Position numbers and translations under genes: made by a program. 64,000 bases of DNA, from NCBI GenBank assembly GCA_001772005.1, contig MERI01000048.1, positions 2,626-66,625 of the forward strand. Reading direction: 5' to 3'. This document shows, one piece after another, positions 54,903 through 64,000 of this stretch. The DNA is from Betaproteobacteria bacterium RIFCSPLOWO2_12_FULL_62_58. Its GTDB lineage: Bacteria > Pseudomonadota > Gammaproteobacteria > Burkholderiales > SG8-41. Within the stretch, counting starts at the first letter, position 1. Each line of letters begins with the position of its first letter. The notes under the pieces are model-generated. The model searched no databases and was not told the DNA's origin. It saw only the letters and a program-made list of their open reading frames with translations.

Positions 54903-55268
54903 GTGAAACAGTACAAATTCATCAAGACGACATCCCGCTTGGCGCTCGCTGCGGTCCTGTTTGCGCAGGTGGCGCTGGTCGCGAACGCATGCCTGAGGCT
55001 TGACACGGGGCCGCAGGCCGCATTTGCCGCGAGCCAGATGGCGGATTGCGACATGTGCACCACCGCCAATCCCAACCTGTGCCTGTTTCAATATCTCGAC
55101 CAGAGCGACCAGACCCAACCGTCGGTCGCCCCAGCGCCGGTGAACGTTGCGGTGCTGGCGGCGCCAGTGGCGCCGGCTCAAGCCAGCGCTACTGCCTTCA
55201 CACACGCCCGCTTCAATTCCCTCACCGGTCCTCCCATCATCATCCGGAACTGTTGTCTCCGGATTTAA
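54903..55268 (+). CDS. small exported Cys-rich protein preceding cusCBA (function unknown; start uncertain)
   Basis: GTG start gives (M)KQYKFIKTTSRLALAAVLFAQVALVANA signal-like N-terminus. CDMC and C-terminal NCCLRI cysteines. Confidence 0.5.
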   Translation: MKQYKFIKTTSRLALAAVLFAQVALVANACLRLDTGPQAAFAASQMADCDMCTTANPNLCLFQYLDQSDQTQPSVAPAPVNVAVLAAPVAPAQASATAFTHARFNSLTGPPIIIRNCCLRI

Positions 55269-55269
55269 T

Positions 55270-55342
55270 CCTCCAGACTGTTTGGCATTCCTGTTGCGCG
55301 CGCAGCGCGCACAGCAGTACTTCTCGCTCTGCCGTCTGGAGG
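55270..55342 (+). promoter_or_regulatory. Long-range stem sequestering the cusC Shine-Dalgarno sequence, with a nested GC hairpin
   Basis: cctccagac (55270-55278) is the exact complement of gtctggagg (55334-55342), which contains the GGAGG 5 nt before the cusC ATG. Inner hairpin at 55291-55314. Confidence 0.5.
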
Positions 55343-55346
55343 TTTC

Positions 55347-56693
55347 ATGCGATTCAAGACCGATACTCCCGCCACCGGGAGCACCCCGTATCAGTTCGCG
55401 GTACGCTGGATAACGCTTGCCTCTTTGAGTAGCGCCCTCGCGCTGGGCGTGCTTGCGCATGCGGCGGAAGCGCCGCCCACCGTGGCCAAAGCGCAGAGCA
55501 CCACACCGCTCCGGGATCTCGTCAAGGAAGCGCTGCAAAACAGTCCCGAGATTCGGGCAGCCCGCAAGGAGCAGGAGGCGGCCTCTCAGCGTATCGCGCC
55601 GGCGGGCGCGCTGGACGATCCCATGCTGGAGGCGGGCATCATTAATCTCCCGACCAGCTCATTCCGCTTCGACCGTGAAGACATGACGATGAAAATGATC
55701 GGGCTGTCGCAGCGTTTTCCCTACCCCGGCAAGCGCGGCTTGCGCCAGGATGTCGCCGCCCGGGAGGCGGAATCGTCCGGTTACGGCTACCAGGAAACCC
55801 TGAATCGCGTCGTGCGGGAAATCAGGACTGCTTGCTACGACCTCTATCTCGTCATCGAATCGGCCCGGCTGGTGGAAAAAAACAAGTTCATCTTGGAGCA
55901 ATTTCTCCGCATCGCGGAAACGCGTTACTCGGTCGGACAGAGCAGCCAGGCCGATGTGCTGAAGGCCCAGACGCAGTTATCGAAAATGTTGGAGGAGTTG
56001 ATCAAGCTCGCACGCGAGCGCCCGATGTTCGAAGCCGAACTCAATCGCGCGCTCGGCCGCGATGCGAGCGCTCCCCCTCCGCTGCCGGAGGCGCCCCAAC
56101 TCCGGCCGGTTGCGTTGCCTCTCCAGTCCTTGCTCGAAGCCGCCGTCCGCCAGCGCCCGCAGCTGCTCGCTTTGCAAAGCACGATTGCTCGCAACGAGAA
56201 AATGCTCGATCTCGCACGCAAGGATTACTATCCCGACTTCGATGTGCGGTTCTCGTACGGCCAGCGCGACAACATGCCGGACGGCGCGCGGCGCTCGGAC
56301 ATGATCAATTTCACCGTCGCGATCAACCTGCCCGTATGGCGCGATAACAAGCTCGCGCCGCGCGTCACCGAGGCGCAGGCGATGCGCGAGCAGGCGAGCA
56401 ACATGTACCGCGCAATGCGCAACGAGCTCGCCATGAAGCTGCGCCAGCAGGTTGCCGCCGCCGAGCAAAGCCAGCGCGCGGCGCACTTGTATCAAACCGA
56501 GATCCTGCCGCAGGCACGGCTCACCGTAGAGGCCGCGCTCGCCGCGTACCGGGTCAACCGCGTCGACTTCATGACGCTGCTCGACAGCCAGATGACGGTT
56601 TTGAACGCCGAAATCAGCCATGCGGGGACAATCGTCAATTTCAACAAAGCGCTGGCGGAAATCGACCTGCTCACCGGCGCAATGGTGCAATAA
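55347..56693 (+). CDS. cusC: outer-membrane efflux protein (TolC family, CusC-like)
   Basis: 448 aa; signal peptide; two-repeat OEP architecture; first gene of the CBA operon. Confidence 0.85.
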   Translation: MRFKTDTPATGSTPYQFAVRWITLASLSSALALGVLAHAAEAPPTVAKAQSTTPLRDLVKEALQNSPEIRAARKEQEAASQRIAPAGALDDPMLEAGIINLPTSSFRFDREDMTMKMIGLSQRFPYPGKRGLRQDVAAREAESSGYGYQETLNRVVREIRTACYDLYLVIESARLVEKNKFILEQFLRIAETRYSVGQSSQADVLKAQTQLSKMLEELIKLARERPMFEAELNRALGRDASAPPPLPEAPQLRPVALPLQSLLEAAVRQRPQLLALQSTIARNEKMLDLARKDYYPDFDVRFSYGQRDNMPDGARRSDMINFTVAINLPVWRDNKLAPRVTEAQAMREQASNMYRAMRNELAMKLRQQVAAAEQSQRAAHLYQTEILPQARLTVEAALAAYRVNRVDFMTLLDSQMTVLNAEISHAGTIVNFNKALAEIDLLTGAMVQ

Positions 56694-56725
56694 GCGGCGC
56701 GATTTCCTCTTGCTGGAGAACTGAT

Positions 56726-58096
56726 ATGAGACGGATGGCTACTGTATCGCTCGTTCTGGTGCTGGTCGCAGCAGCGCTTGCGGCCGGCTACTGGCTGGGA
56801 AGCCGGAAGGATGAAGGCGGAACGCTGAGGACGGAAACGGTCGCTCCGGGCCGCGCGGATTCCGGAAAGAAACCCGAACGCAGGATTCTTTACTACCGCA
56901 ATCCCATGGGCCTGCCCGACAATTCTCCGGTGCCCAAAAAGGACCAGATGGGCATGGCCTATATACCAGTCTACGAGGGCGAGGAGCCGGAGCCGACCGG
57001 CCCGGCGATGAAGATCAGCCTCGATAAGGTGCAAAAACTGGGCGTGAAGACCGAGCCCGTCGCGCTGCGCTCTCTGACCCGCACGCTGCGCGCGGTCGGC
57101 ACCGTGGAGCTCGACGAGCGCCAGGTTTATACGGTGGCGCCGAAATTCGAGGGTTGGATCGAGCGGCTGCACGTCAACACGACCGGACAATATGTGCGCC
57201 GCGGCCAGGTGCTGATGGAAGTGTACAGCCCGGACCTCGTGATCGCGCAGCAGGAGTACATCATCGCCTGGAAGGGCATGGAGTCGGTGAAAGATGCAAG
57301 CCCGGACGCTCGGGCCAACATGGGGCACCTCGTCAAGAGCGCGCTCGAGCGCCTGCGCAACTGGGACATCTCGGAGGACGAGATGGCGCGGCTGCAGAAA
57401 GAAGGCGTTTCGAGGCGGACCCTCACGCTGCGCTCGCCGGTGAGCGGCGTAGTGCTCGACAAGCCGGCACTGAAAGGCATGCGCTTCATGCCCGGTGAAG
57501 TGCTGTACAAGATCTCCGACATGTCGTCGGTGTGGCTGCTTGCCAACATCTTCGAGCAGGACCTTGGGCTTGTGCAGCCCGGTCAGGCGGCGCGAATCTC
57601 CGTCAACGCATATCCGGGCAAGGTCTTTTCCGGGAAAGTCGCGTTCGTCTATCCCACCGTCACGCCCGAGACCCGCACGGCGAAGGTGCGCATCGAGCTT
57701 TCGAATCCAGGCGGGCAGCTCAAACCGGCGATGTACGCGAACGTGGAGCTCATTGCCCGGCGCCCGAAGGACCAGGTGCTCACTGTGCCCGACTCTGCCG
57801 TGATCGACAGCGGCACGCGGCAGATCGTACTGGTGCAGCGCGGCGAGGGGCTGTTCGAGCCGCGCCCTGTGAAGCTCGGCACCTACGCGGACGGTTATGT
57901 CGAAGTGCTGGAAGGCCTCCAAGCGGGCGAAAACGTGGTCGTCACCGCAAACTTCCTGATCGATTCAGAGAGCAATCTGAAAGCCGCGCTTGGCACGTTC
58001 GGCAGCGGCGCCGGCGCCACTGAAACAAAGCCGGCCGCCGCGCCCCAGGAAGCACAGCGCGCACCCGCGAGCGCCGAGGGCCAGAAGGGACACTGA
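56726..58096 (+). CDS. cusB: efflux RND periplasmic adaptor (CusB-like)
   Basis: YYRNPMGLPDNSPVPKKDQMGMAYIPVY metal-binding N-terminal region; HlyD-type barrel-sandwich. Confidence 0.88.
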   Translation: MRRMATVSLVLVLVAAALAAGYWLGSRKDEGGTLRTETVAPGRADSGKKPERRILYYRNPMGLPDNSPVPKKDQMGMAYIPVYEGEEPEPTGPAMKISLDKVQKLGVKTEPVALRSLTRTLRAVGTVELDERQVYTVAPKFEGWIERLHVNTTGQYVRRGQVLMEVYSPDLVIAQQEYIIAWKGMESVKDASPDARANMGHLVKSALERLRNWDISEDEMARLQKEGVSRRTLTLRSPVSGVVLDKPALKGMRFMPGEVLYKISDMSSVWLLANIFEQDLGLVQPGQAARISVNAYPGKVFSGKVAFVYPTVTPETRTAKVRIELSNPGGQLKPAMYANVELIARRPKDQVLTVPDSAVIDSGTRQIVLVQRGEGLFEPRPVKLGTYADGYVEVLEGLQAGENVVVTANFLIDSESNLKAALGTFGSGAGATETKPAAAPQEAQRAPASAEGQKGH

Positions 58097-58097
58097 C

Positions 58098-61000
58098 ATG
58101 CTGAACCGCATCATAGAGTGGTCCGTACGAAACGCCTTTTTGGTGCTGCTAGGGACGGCATTCATCGTCGCCGCCGGCTTGTATGCAGTGTACAAGACGC
58201 CGCTCGATGCCATCCCCGACCTCTCCGACGTGCAAGTCATCATCTACACGGAATATCCCGGTCAGGCGCCGCAGGTGGTGGAGGACCAGGTCACCTATCC
58301 CCTCACGACGGCGATGCTCAGCGTGCCGCGCTCGAAGGTCGTGCGCGGGTTTTCGTTTTTCGGCGCTTCCTTCGTCTACGTCATTTTCGAGGACGGCACG
58401 GACATCTACTGGGCGCGCTCGCGGGTGCTCGAATATCTCAACTTCGCGGCCGGGCGGATGCCGCGCGGCGTGGCCCCGTCGCTGGGCCCCGATGCCACCG
58501 GGGTGGGCTGGGTTTACCAATATGCAGTCATGGGCGCGAAGCGCTCGCTCGCCGAATTGCGCACGCTTCAGGACTGGTTCATCCGCTATCAGCTTACCAA
58601 GGCGCAAGGCGTAGCCGAAGTCGCGAGCGTCGGCGGCTTCGTCCAGCAATACCAGGTGACCGTCAACCCGCGCAAGCTGCAAGCCTACGGTATTCCGCTG
58701 TCGAAAATTGCTCAGGTGATCCGCATGAGCAATACCGACGTCGGCGGGCGCGTAGTCGAGATGGCGGAAACCGAATACATGGTGCGGGGACGCGGCTACC
58801 TGCGCGGGGCTTCCGATCTCGAGCAACTGGTCCTCAAGGCCGAAGGCGGCATCCCGGTGCTGCTGAAGGACGTGGCGCGCGTGGAGCTCGGCCCCGACGA
58901 GCGCCGCGGCATCACGGAGCTCAACGGCGAGGGCGAGGTCGTCGCCGGCATCGCGATGGCGCGCTACGGTCAGAACGCCCTCGACGTGATCGACAACATC
59001 AAGGCGAAGATCGCGGAGATCGCCACCGGCCTGCCCGAAGGCGTCGCCATCGAACCGGTCTACGACCGGTCCGACCTCATCCATCGCGCGATCGACAACC
59101 TCAAAGTGACCCTGATCGAGGAAAGCGTGATCGTGGCGCTGGTGTGCATGTTGTTCCTGCTGCACGTGCGCAGCGCCCTGGTCGCGATCATCATGCTGCC
59201 GATCGGGGTGCTGATCGCCTTCATCGCCATGCGCTTTCTCGGCCTCAATTCGAACATCATGAGCCTGGGTGGGATAGCGATTGCCATCGGGGCCATGGTC
59301 GACGCCGCGATCGTGATGATCGAAAACGCGCACAAGCATCTCGAGCGCCTGGAGCCCGGCGCGTCGCGGCTGGAAGCCATCATAACCGCGTGCCGCGAAG
59401 TCGGGCCCGCCCTCTTCTTCAGCCTGCTGATCATCACGGTTTCGTTTCTGCCCGTATTCACACTCGAGGCGCAGGAAGGCCGGATGTTCTCGCCGCTCGC
59501 CTACACCAAGACTTTCGCCATGGCGGGCGCCGCTTTCCTGTCGATCACGCTCGTGCCGGTGCTGATGCTGCTGTTTATCCGCGGAAGGATTCGCAGTGAA
59601 TCCGCGAATCCTTTGAGCAGAATCATGATCGCGGCTTATCGTCCGCTCCTCGCAACAGCACTGCGCCATCGGGCATGGGTGCTGGTGATCGCGGGCATAG
59701 TTTTGTCGCTAACGCTCTACCCAGCGACAAAACTCGGGACGGAGTTCATGCCGACCCTGAACGAAGGGACGCTGCTCTACATGCCGTCCGGCCTGCCGGG
59801 CATGTCGGTGACCAAGGCGGCGGAGATCATGCAGATCCAGAACCGGATCATCAAGAGCCTCCCGGAGGTGGCGTCCGTATTCGGCAAGGCGGGACGCGCC
59901 AACAGTGCGACGGATCCGGCGCCGGTGGAAATGTTCGAGACCGTGGTCAATCTCAAGCCGGAAGCCGAGTGGCGGCCGGGGATGACGCTAGACAAGCTCA
60001 TCGCCGAGCTGGACCAGGCGGTGTCGATGCCCGGCATCAGCAACGCCTGGACCATGCCGATCAAGGCGCGGATCGATATGCTCTCGACCGGCATCCGCAC
60101 GCCCATCGGCATCAAAGTCTTCGGCAAGGATCTTGCCGAGATGGAGCGGCTGGCCAAGACAATCGAAGCGGTGGTGAAAACGGTGCCCGGCACCACGAGC
60201 GCCTATGCCGAGCGCATCACCGGCGGCTATTTTCTCAACATCGAGCCGGACCGCATGGCGCTCGCCCGCTATGGGCTCGCGACCGGAGACCTCCAGGAAG
60301 TCGTCATGACCGCCCTCGGCGGTGAAATGGTCACCACCACCGTGGAAGGCCGCGAGCGCTTCGGAGTCATCGTGCGCTACCCGCGGGAGCTGCGCAGCGA
60401 CCCGCAATCGATCGCTGCCCAGGTGCTGGTCCCCACCATGATGAGCGGCGCCATGATTCCGCTGGGCCAGGTAGCAAAAGTGACCCTGACGCAAGGCCCT
60501 CCCGGCATACGCACCGAGAACGCGCTGCTGTCGGCGTACATCTTCGTGGACATCCGCGGTCGCGACATCGGCGGGTATGTGGCCGACGCGCAAAAAGCGG
60601 TGCGCGAACAGGTAAAGTTCCCGCCCGGCTACTACGCCACGTGGAGCGGCCAATTCGAATATATGGAGCGCGCCAAAGAGCGAATGAAGGTCGTGATGCC
60701 GGTGACGCTGCTCCTCATCTTCATTCTGCTGTATCTCAACTTCCGGCGCCTCACCGAGACGGTAATCGTGATGCTTTCCGTGCCGTTCTCGCTGGTGGGC
60801 GGTATCTGGCTGATGTATCTGCTCGGCTACAACATGAGCGTCGCGGTTGCGGTCGGATTCATCGCGCTCGCGGGGGTCGCCGCGGAGATCGGCGTAGTCA
60901 TGCTGATCTATCTCGACCAGGCGCTTGCCGCAGTGACTGAGCGGCGGCGGGCGGAAGGCAAGCCGGTTACAGTGGCCGATCTCTACGATGCGGTCATGCA

Positions 61001-61253
61001 AGGGGCGGCCATGCGCGTGCGCCCGATCATGATGACCGTCTTCGCCATCATCGCCGGTCTGCTGCCGATCATGTGGGGTAGCGGCACCGGTTCCGAAGTC
61101 ATGCGCCGCATCGCCGCGCCGATGGTCGGGGGAATGATCTCCGCCACCATCCTCACCCTGATCGTGATCCCGGCGATCTACGCGCTGGTGAAGGAAGTCG
61201 CGATCAGCCGCGCCGCCGCGGCAGCGGGTTTGCAAACGAAGGCCGCAACCTGA
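58098..61253 (+). CDS. cusA: heavy-metal efflux RND pump, CusA family
   Basis: MLNRIIEWSVRNAFLVLL...; GGIAIAIGAMVDAAIVMIENAHKHLE is near-identical to the E. coli CusA motif. Start trimmed to 58098. Confidence 0.93.
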   Translation: MLNRIIEWSVRNAFLVLLGTAFIVAAGLYAVYKTPLDAIPDLSDVQVIIYTEYPGQAPQVVEDQVTYPLTTAMLSVPRSKVVRGFSFFGASFVYVIFEDGTDIYWARSRVLEYLNFAAGRMPRGVAPSLGPDATGVGWVYQYAVMGAKRSLAELRTLQDWFIRYQLTKAQGVAEVASVGGFVQQYQVTVNPRKLQAYGIPLSKIAQVIRMSNTDVGGRVVEMAETEYMVRGRGYLRGASDLEQLVLKAEGGIPVLLKDVARVELGPDERRGITELNGEGEVVAGIAMARYGQNALDVIDNIKAKIAEIATGLPEGVAIEPVYDRSDLIHRAIDNLKVTLIEESVIVALVCMLFLLHVRSALVAIIMLPIGVLIAFIAMRFLGLNSNIMSLGGIAIAIGAMVDAAIVMIENAHKHLERLEPGASRLEAIITACREVGPALFFSLLIITVSFLPVFTLEAQEGRMFSPLAYTKTFAMAGAAFLSITLVPVLMLLFIRGRIRSESANPLSRIMIAAYRPLLATALRHRAWVLVIAGIVLSLTLYPATKLGTEFMPTLNEGTLLYMPSGLPGMSVTKAAEIMQIQNRIIKSLPEVASVFGKAGRANSATDPAPVEMFETVVNLKPEAEWRPGMTLDKLIAELDQAVSMPGISNAWTMPIKARIDMLSTGIRTPIGIKVFGKDLAEMERLAKTIEAVVKTVPGTTSAYAERITGGYFLNIEPDRMALARYGLATGDLQEVVMTALGGEMVTTTVEGRERFGVIVRYPRELRSDPQSIAAQVLVPTMMSGAMIPLGQVAKVTLTQGPPGIRTENALLSAYIFVDIRGRDIGGYVADAQKAVREQVKFPPGYYATWSGQFEYMERAKERMKVVMPVTLLLIFILLYLNFRRLTETVIVMLSVPFSLVGGIWLMYLLGYNMSVAVAVGFIALAGVAAEIGVVMLIYLDQALAAVTERRRAEGKPVTVADLYDAVMQGAAMRVRPIMMTVFAIIAGLLPIMWGSGTGSEVMRRIAAPMVGGMISATILTLIVIPAIYALVKEVAISRAAAAAGLQTKAAT

Positions 61254-61272
61254 CTTGAAAAAGGAGATGATC

Positions 61273-61683
61273 ATGAAACCAATTACTTCAACCGTTGCTT
61301 CCCTGGCGTTGCTGGCTCTAATAACGCTGCCGGCGCACGCGGAGATGAAAGACATGCCCGGAATGAAGCAAACGCCGGGCGTGAAAACGGACGCGGCCAA
61401 GACCGCCGAGAACCAGGCTCACAAAGGGCAAGGTACGGTCAACGGCGTGGACGTGAGGGCAGGCAAAGTCAACCTCACCCATGGCCCGATCGCGACCCTC
61501 AAATGGCCCGGGATGACGATGGAGTTTCAGGTCAAGAGCAAGGCGTTGCTGAAAGGCGTCACGCCCGGGCAGAACGTCGAATTCGACATCGCGCAGCAGG
61601 GCCCGGGCCAGTTTGTCATCACCCGAATCGCGCCCGCCGCCAAGAAAAATAACGGGAAAGCTGCTGAGGGTGCCGGCAAGTAA
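61273..61683 (+). CDS. cusF: periplasmic copper/silver-binding protein CusF-like
   Basis: Signal peptide, then GTVNGVDVRAGKVNLTHGPIATLKWPGMTMEF, the CusF H/M/W metal-site pattern. AAGGAG RBS at 61261. Confidence 0.85.
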   Translation: MKPITSTVASLALLALITLPAHAEMKDMPGMKQTPGVKTDAAKTAENQAHKGQGTVNGVDVRAGKVNLTHGPIATLKWPGMTMEFQVKSKALLKGVTPGQNVEFDIAQQGPGQFVITRIAPAAKKNNGKAAEGAGK

Positions 61684-61791
61684 GCAAGAATCAGGCGCCT
61701 TGTCTGTATGCAACCAGAGGCGAGGTACTGCTCCGCACCCAGAGCTTGTCCAGGTCGCCAATGTAAGATCCGTCAATAATGGAGTAGATAT

Positions 61792-62262
61792 ATGATCTTC
61801 AAACTTTCTTGGAAATTATGGTGGGCTGGCGCCGCGGTGCTATTTTTGATGTTGGCGGCTCCGGCGCTGCCTCAGCAGGCTCCGCGTGGCTCCGATGTCA
61901 TCGTGTATGAAAGCCCTACCTGAGGGTGCTGTTCCAAGTGGGTAGGTTACCTGCGAGAGAATGGTTTCAAGGTCGAGAAAAAGGACGTGTCGGAATCTCA
62001 ATTGGACGCGATAAAACTGAAGCATGGCGTGCCGCCTCGACTCAGGGAATGTCACACAGCGCTCGTGGGGGGTTATGTAATCGAAGGGCATGTCCCCGTG
62101 GACGCGATTACACGGTTGTTGACAGAAAAGCCGCCAGTCATCGGGTTGGCTGTGCGGGGAATGCCGATCGGATCCCCTGGAATGGAAGGCCCCCATCCTC
62201 AGCGGTACGATGTGCTCTCTTTCGATCGGCTGGGCCGTGTGTCGGTATACGCCCGAAAATAA
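61792..62262 (+). CDS. copG: DUF411/CopG-family copper-binding protein interrupted by one in-frame TGA at codon 44 (Sec candidate or pseudogene)
   Basis: ATG at 61792 with GGAG RBS and a signal peptide, then VIVYESPT-TGA-GCCSKWVGYL...CHTALVGGYVIEGHVP...GMPIGSPGME. The TGA (61921-61923) sits where the family has the first Cys of CGCC. Confidence 0.6.
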
Positions 62263-62357
62263 TCGGTGGCAGCTTCTGACTGAATCGCAGGCCGGTCTGG
62301 TGCAATTTCCAGGCTTGTGCGACCTAAGTCCGACAAACTCCTAGGCGGCGCTCAAGT

Positions 62358-63104
62358 TCATAAGTCTCCCCACAGAGTCTGCATCGCCGCCAGCGCGGCG
62401 ACGGCGGCGGTTTCGGTGCGCAGCACGCGCGGGCCGAGCCTGACGGGAGTGAAGCCAGCGGTCTCAGCGTCGCGCTGTTCTTCCAGCGAAAATCCGCCCT
62501 CAGGGCCGGCGAGCAGCGTTACCATTGCCGACGGCCGCGGCAGGTCGCGCAGGTTGACCTGCGCATGCGGCGACAGCATTACGCGCACGCCATCGTGCTC
62601 GGTCCCGCGCCCGAGCCAGGCGGAGAAGGACAGCACCGGCAGCACTTGGGGTACGCGGTTGCGCCCACATTGCTCGCACGCGGCGATCGCGATTGCCCGC
62701 CAGTGCGCGACGCGCTTTTCCGCGCGCGAGCTATCCAGCCGCACCGCGCTGCGCCCGCTGCCGAGCGGCTGAATGCGGGCAACGCCCAACTCGACGGCCT
62801 TCTGCACCGTGTAATCCATGCGCTCGCCGCTGGAGATCGCCTGCGCCAGCACGACTTGAAGCGGCGACTCGCGGTCAACTGCGCGCCGTTCTCCGACATT
62901 GAGCGTAACGCCGGGTTTGGCGATGCTCACGATGACGGCTGAATACTCCGCGCCCTCCCCATCGAACAAGGTCACCGCCTCGCCCACTGCGAGACGCAGC
63001 ACGCGCGCCACGTGGTGCGCCTGGTCGGGCGGCAGCATGCACTCGCCGCGGACCGGAATTTCTCCTGGAAAATATATGCGGGTCAAAGACTTGGCATCTG
63101 GCAT
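62358..63104 (-). CDS. rsmE: 16S rRNA (uracil1498-N3)-methyltransferase
   Basis: TRIYFPGEIP...QAHHVARVLRL..GEAVTLFDGEG...LLAGPEGGFS; start trimmed to the ATG at 63104. Confidence 0.9.
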   Translation of the reverse strand: MPDAKSLTRIYFPGEIPVRGECMLPPDQAHHVARVLRLAVGEAVTLFDGEGAEYSAVIVSIAKPGVTLNVGERRAVDRESPLQVVLAQAISSGERMDYTVQKAVELGVARIQPLGSGRSAVRLDSSRAEKRVAHWRAIAIAACEQCGRNRVPQVLPVLSFSAWLGRGTEHDGVRVMLSPHAQVNLRDLPRPSAMVTLLAGPEGGFSLEEQRDAETAGFTPVRLGPRVLRTETAAVAALAAMQTLWGDL

Positions 63105-63164
63105 CGTGGTAAAATTATGCCACATGAAGCGGAATAGAATCGCGATTTTCTCCAGGAGCCCCCT

Positions 63165-64000
63165 TTGAAGATCGTCATCCTCGGCGCCGGCCAGGTCGGC
63201 TCTTCGGTCGCGGAGAACCTGGTCTCCGAGGCGAACGACATCACGGTCGTCGACACCAATGCCGAGCGACTCAGGAAGCTGCAGGACCGGTTCGATCTGC
63301 GCACCGTCACGGGCAACGCCGCGCATCCGGCGATCCTGGCCCAGGCCGGCGCGGCGGATGCCGACATGCTGCTCGCGGTCACCCAGAGCGATGAAACCAA
63401 CATGGTGGCATGCAAGCTCGCCGCGACCATGTTCAATATTCCGACCAAGATCGCGCGCATCCGTTCCGCCGACTATCTGTCACACCAGGAAATCTTCGCG
63501 CCGCAGAATTTCGCGGTGGACCTGTCGATCTGTCCGGAGCAGGTGCTCACCGACTATATCGTCAAGCTGCTCGAGTTTCCGGAGGCCCTGCAGGTGCTCG
63601 AATTTGCCGGCGGCAAAGTAAGCCTGGTCGCCATGCGCGCGTTCCACGGCGGTCCGCTGGTCGGGCATGAGTTGCAATACCTGCGCCAGCATATGCCGCA
63701 GATCGACACGCGCGTGGCGGCGATTTTCCGCCACGACAGCCCGATCATTCCGGAAGGCAAGACGGTGATCGAAGCCGACGACGAGGTGTTCTTCATCGCC
63801 GCGACCGGGAACATCCGTGGCGTGATGCGGGAACTGAGACGCATGGACAAGCCGGTCAAGCGCGTGATGATCGGCGGCGGCGGCAATATCGGCCGCCGGC
63901 TCGCCAAGGCGATCGAGAACAAGTACGAGGTCAAGATCATCGAGTTCAACAAGGCTGGCGCCGAACGCCTCGCGGCGGAGCTCGACAAGACGCTGGTGCT
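63165..64000 (+). CDS. trkA: Trk potassium-uptake protein TrkA (5' part; runs off window)
   Basis: Not in the ORF track. TTG start after AGGAG. (L)[31 protein letters not shown]... is collinear with E. coli TrkA [32 protein letters not shown]. Confidence 0.92.
   Translation, partial: [278 protein letters not shown]

Noticed and set aside
58149-61400. Minus-strand ORFs of 506 aa and 470 aa, and the plus-strand 493-aa frame over cusA
   Set aside because: They are shadow frames of the 1051-aa CusA gene, which is collinear with known CusA proteins.

Overview
High-GC (about 60-65% by eye) proteobacterial chromosomal segment. The gene content fits a betaproteobacterium best.

**Accessory patch (left ~12.2 kb, locally lower GC):**
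- A minus-strand four-gene operon: HTH-SNF2-DUF3883 helicase, NYN nuclease-like protein, DUF1156 DNA methyltransferase and DUF499 P-loop ATPase. The ATPase runs off the window edge and is missing from the ORF track.
- A tripartite MqsR/MqsA/SecB-like toxin-antitoxin-chaperone module.

**Remainder (mostly housekeeping):**
- SAH riboswitch-ahcY-metF.
- An M20 peptidase / ABC transporter / RidA cluster.
- vapBC, ttcA, cca, slt, ilvA, rpiA and argA.
- A polyphosphate island: ppx, an atypical pyruvate-kinase-like gene, a two-domain PPK2, sixA, CYTH-CHAD and ppk1.
- A cusCBAF copper/silver efflux operon, rsmE and a partial trkA.

**Oddities worth a second look:**
1. A DUF411/CopG gene has an in-frame TGA at the first Cys of its CxCC copper site, followed by a GGU-loop hairpin. 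This is either a selenocysteine candidate or a fresh nonsense mutation.
2. Three ~200-bp copies of a REPIN/MITE-like element are present, plus solo hairpins of the same family.
3. Many intergenic spacers carry tandem 7-8-nt GTGA-type repeat arrays, often as inverted arms around a GC-rich REP-like hairpin.
4. A patch of decayed genes lies at 28.4-30.1 kb.
5. An ~800-bp gene-less region lies at 15.3-16.1 kb.

I saw no rRNA, tRNA, CRISPR array, integrase or transposase gene. All calls rest on reading the sequence and recalling protein families; no searches were run.
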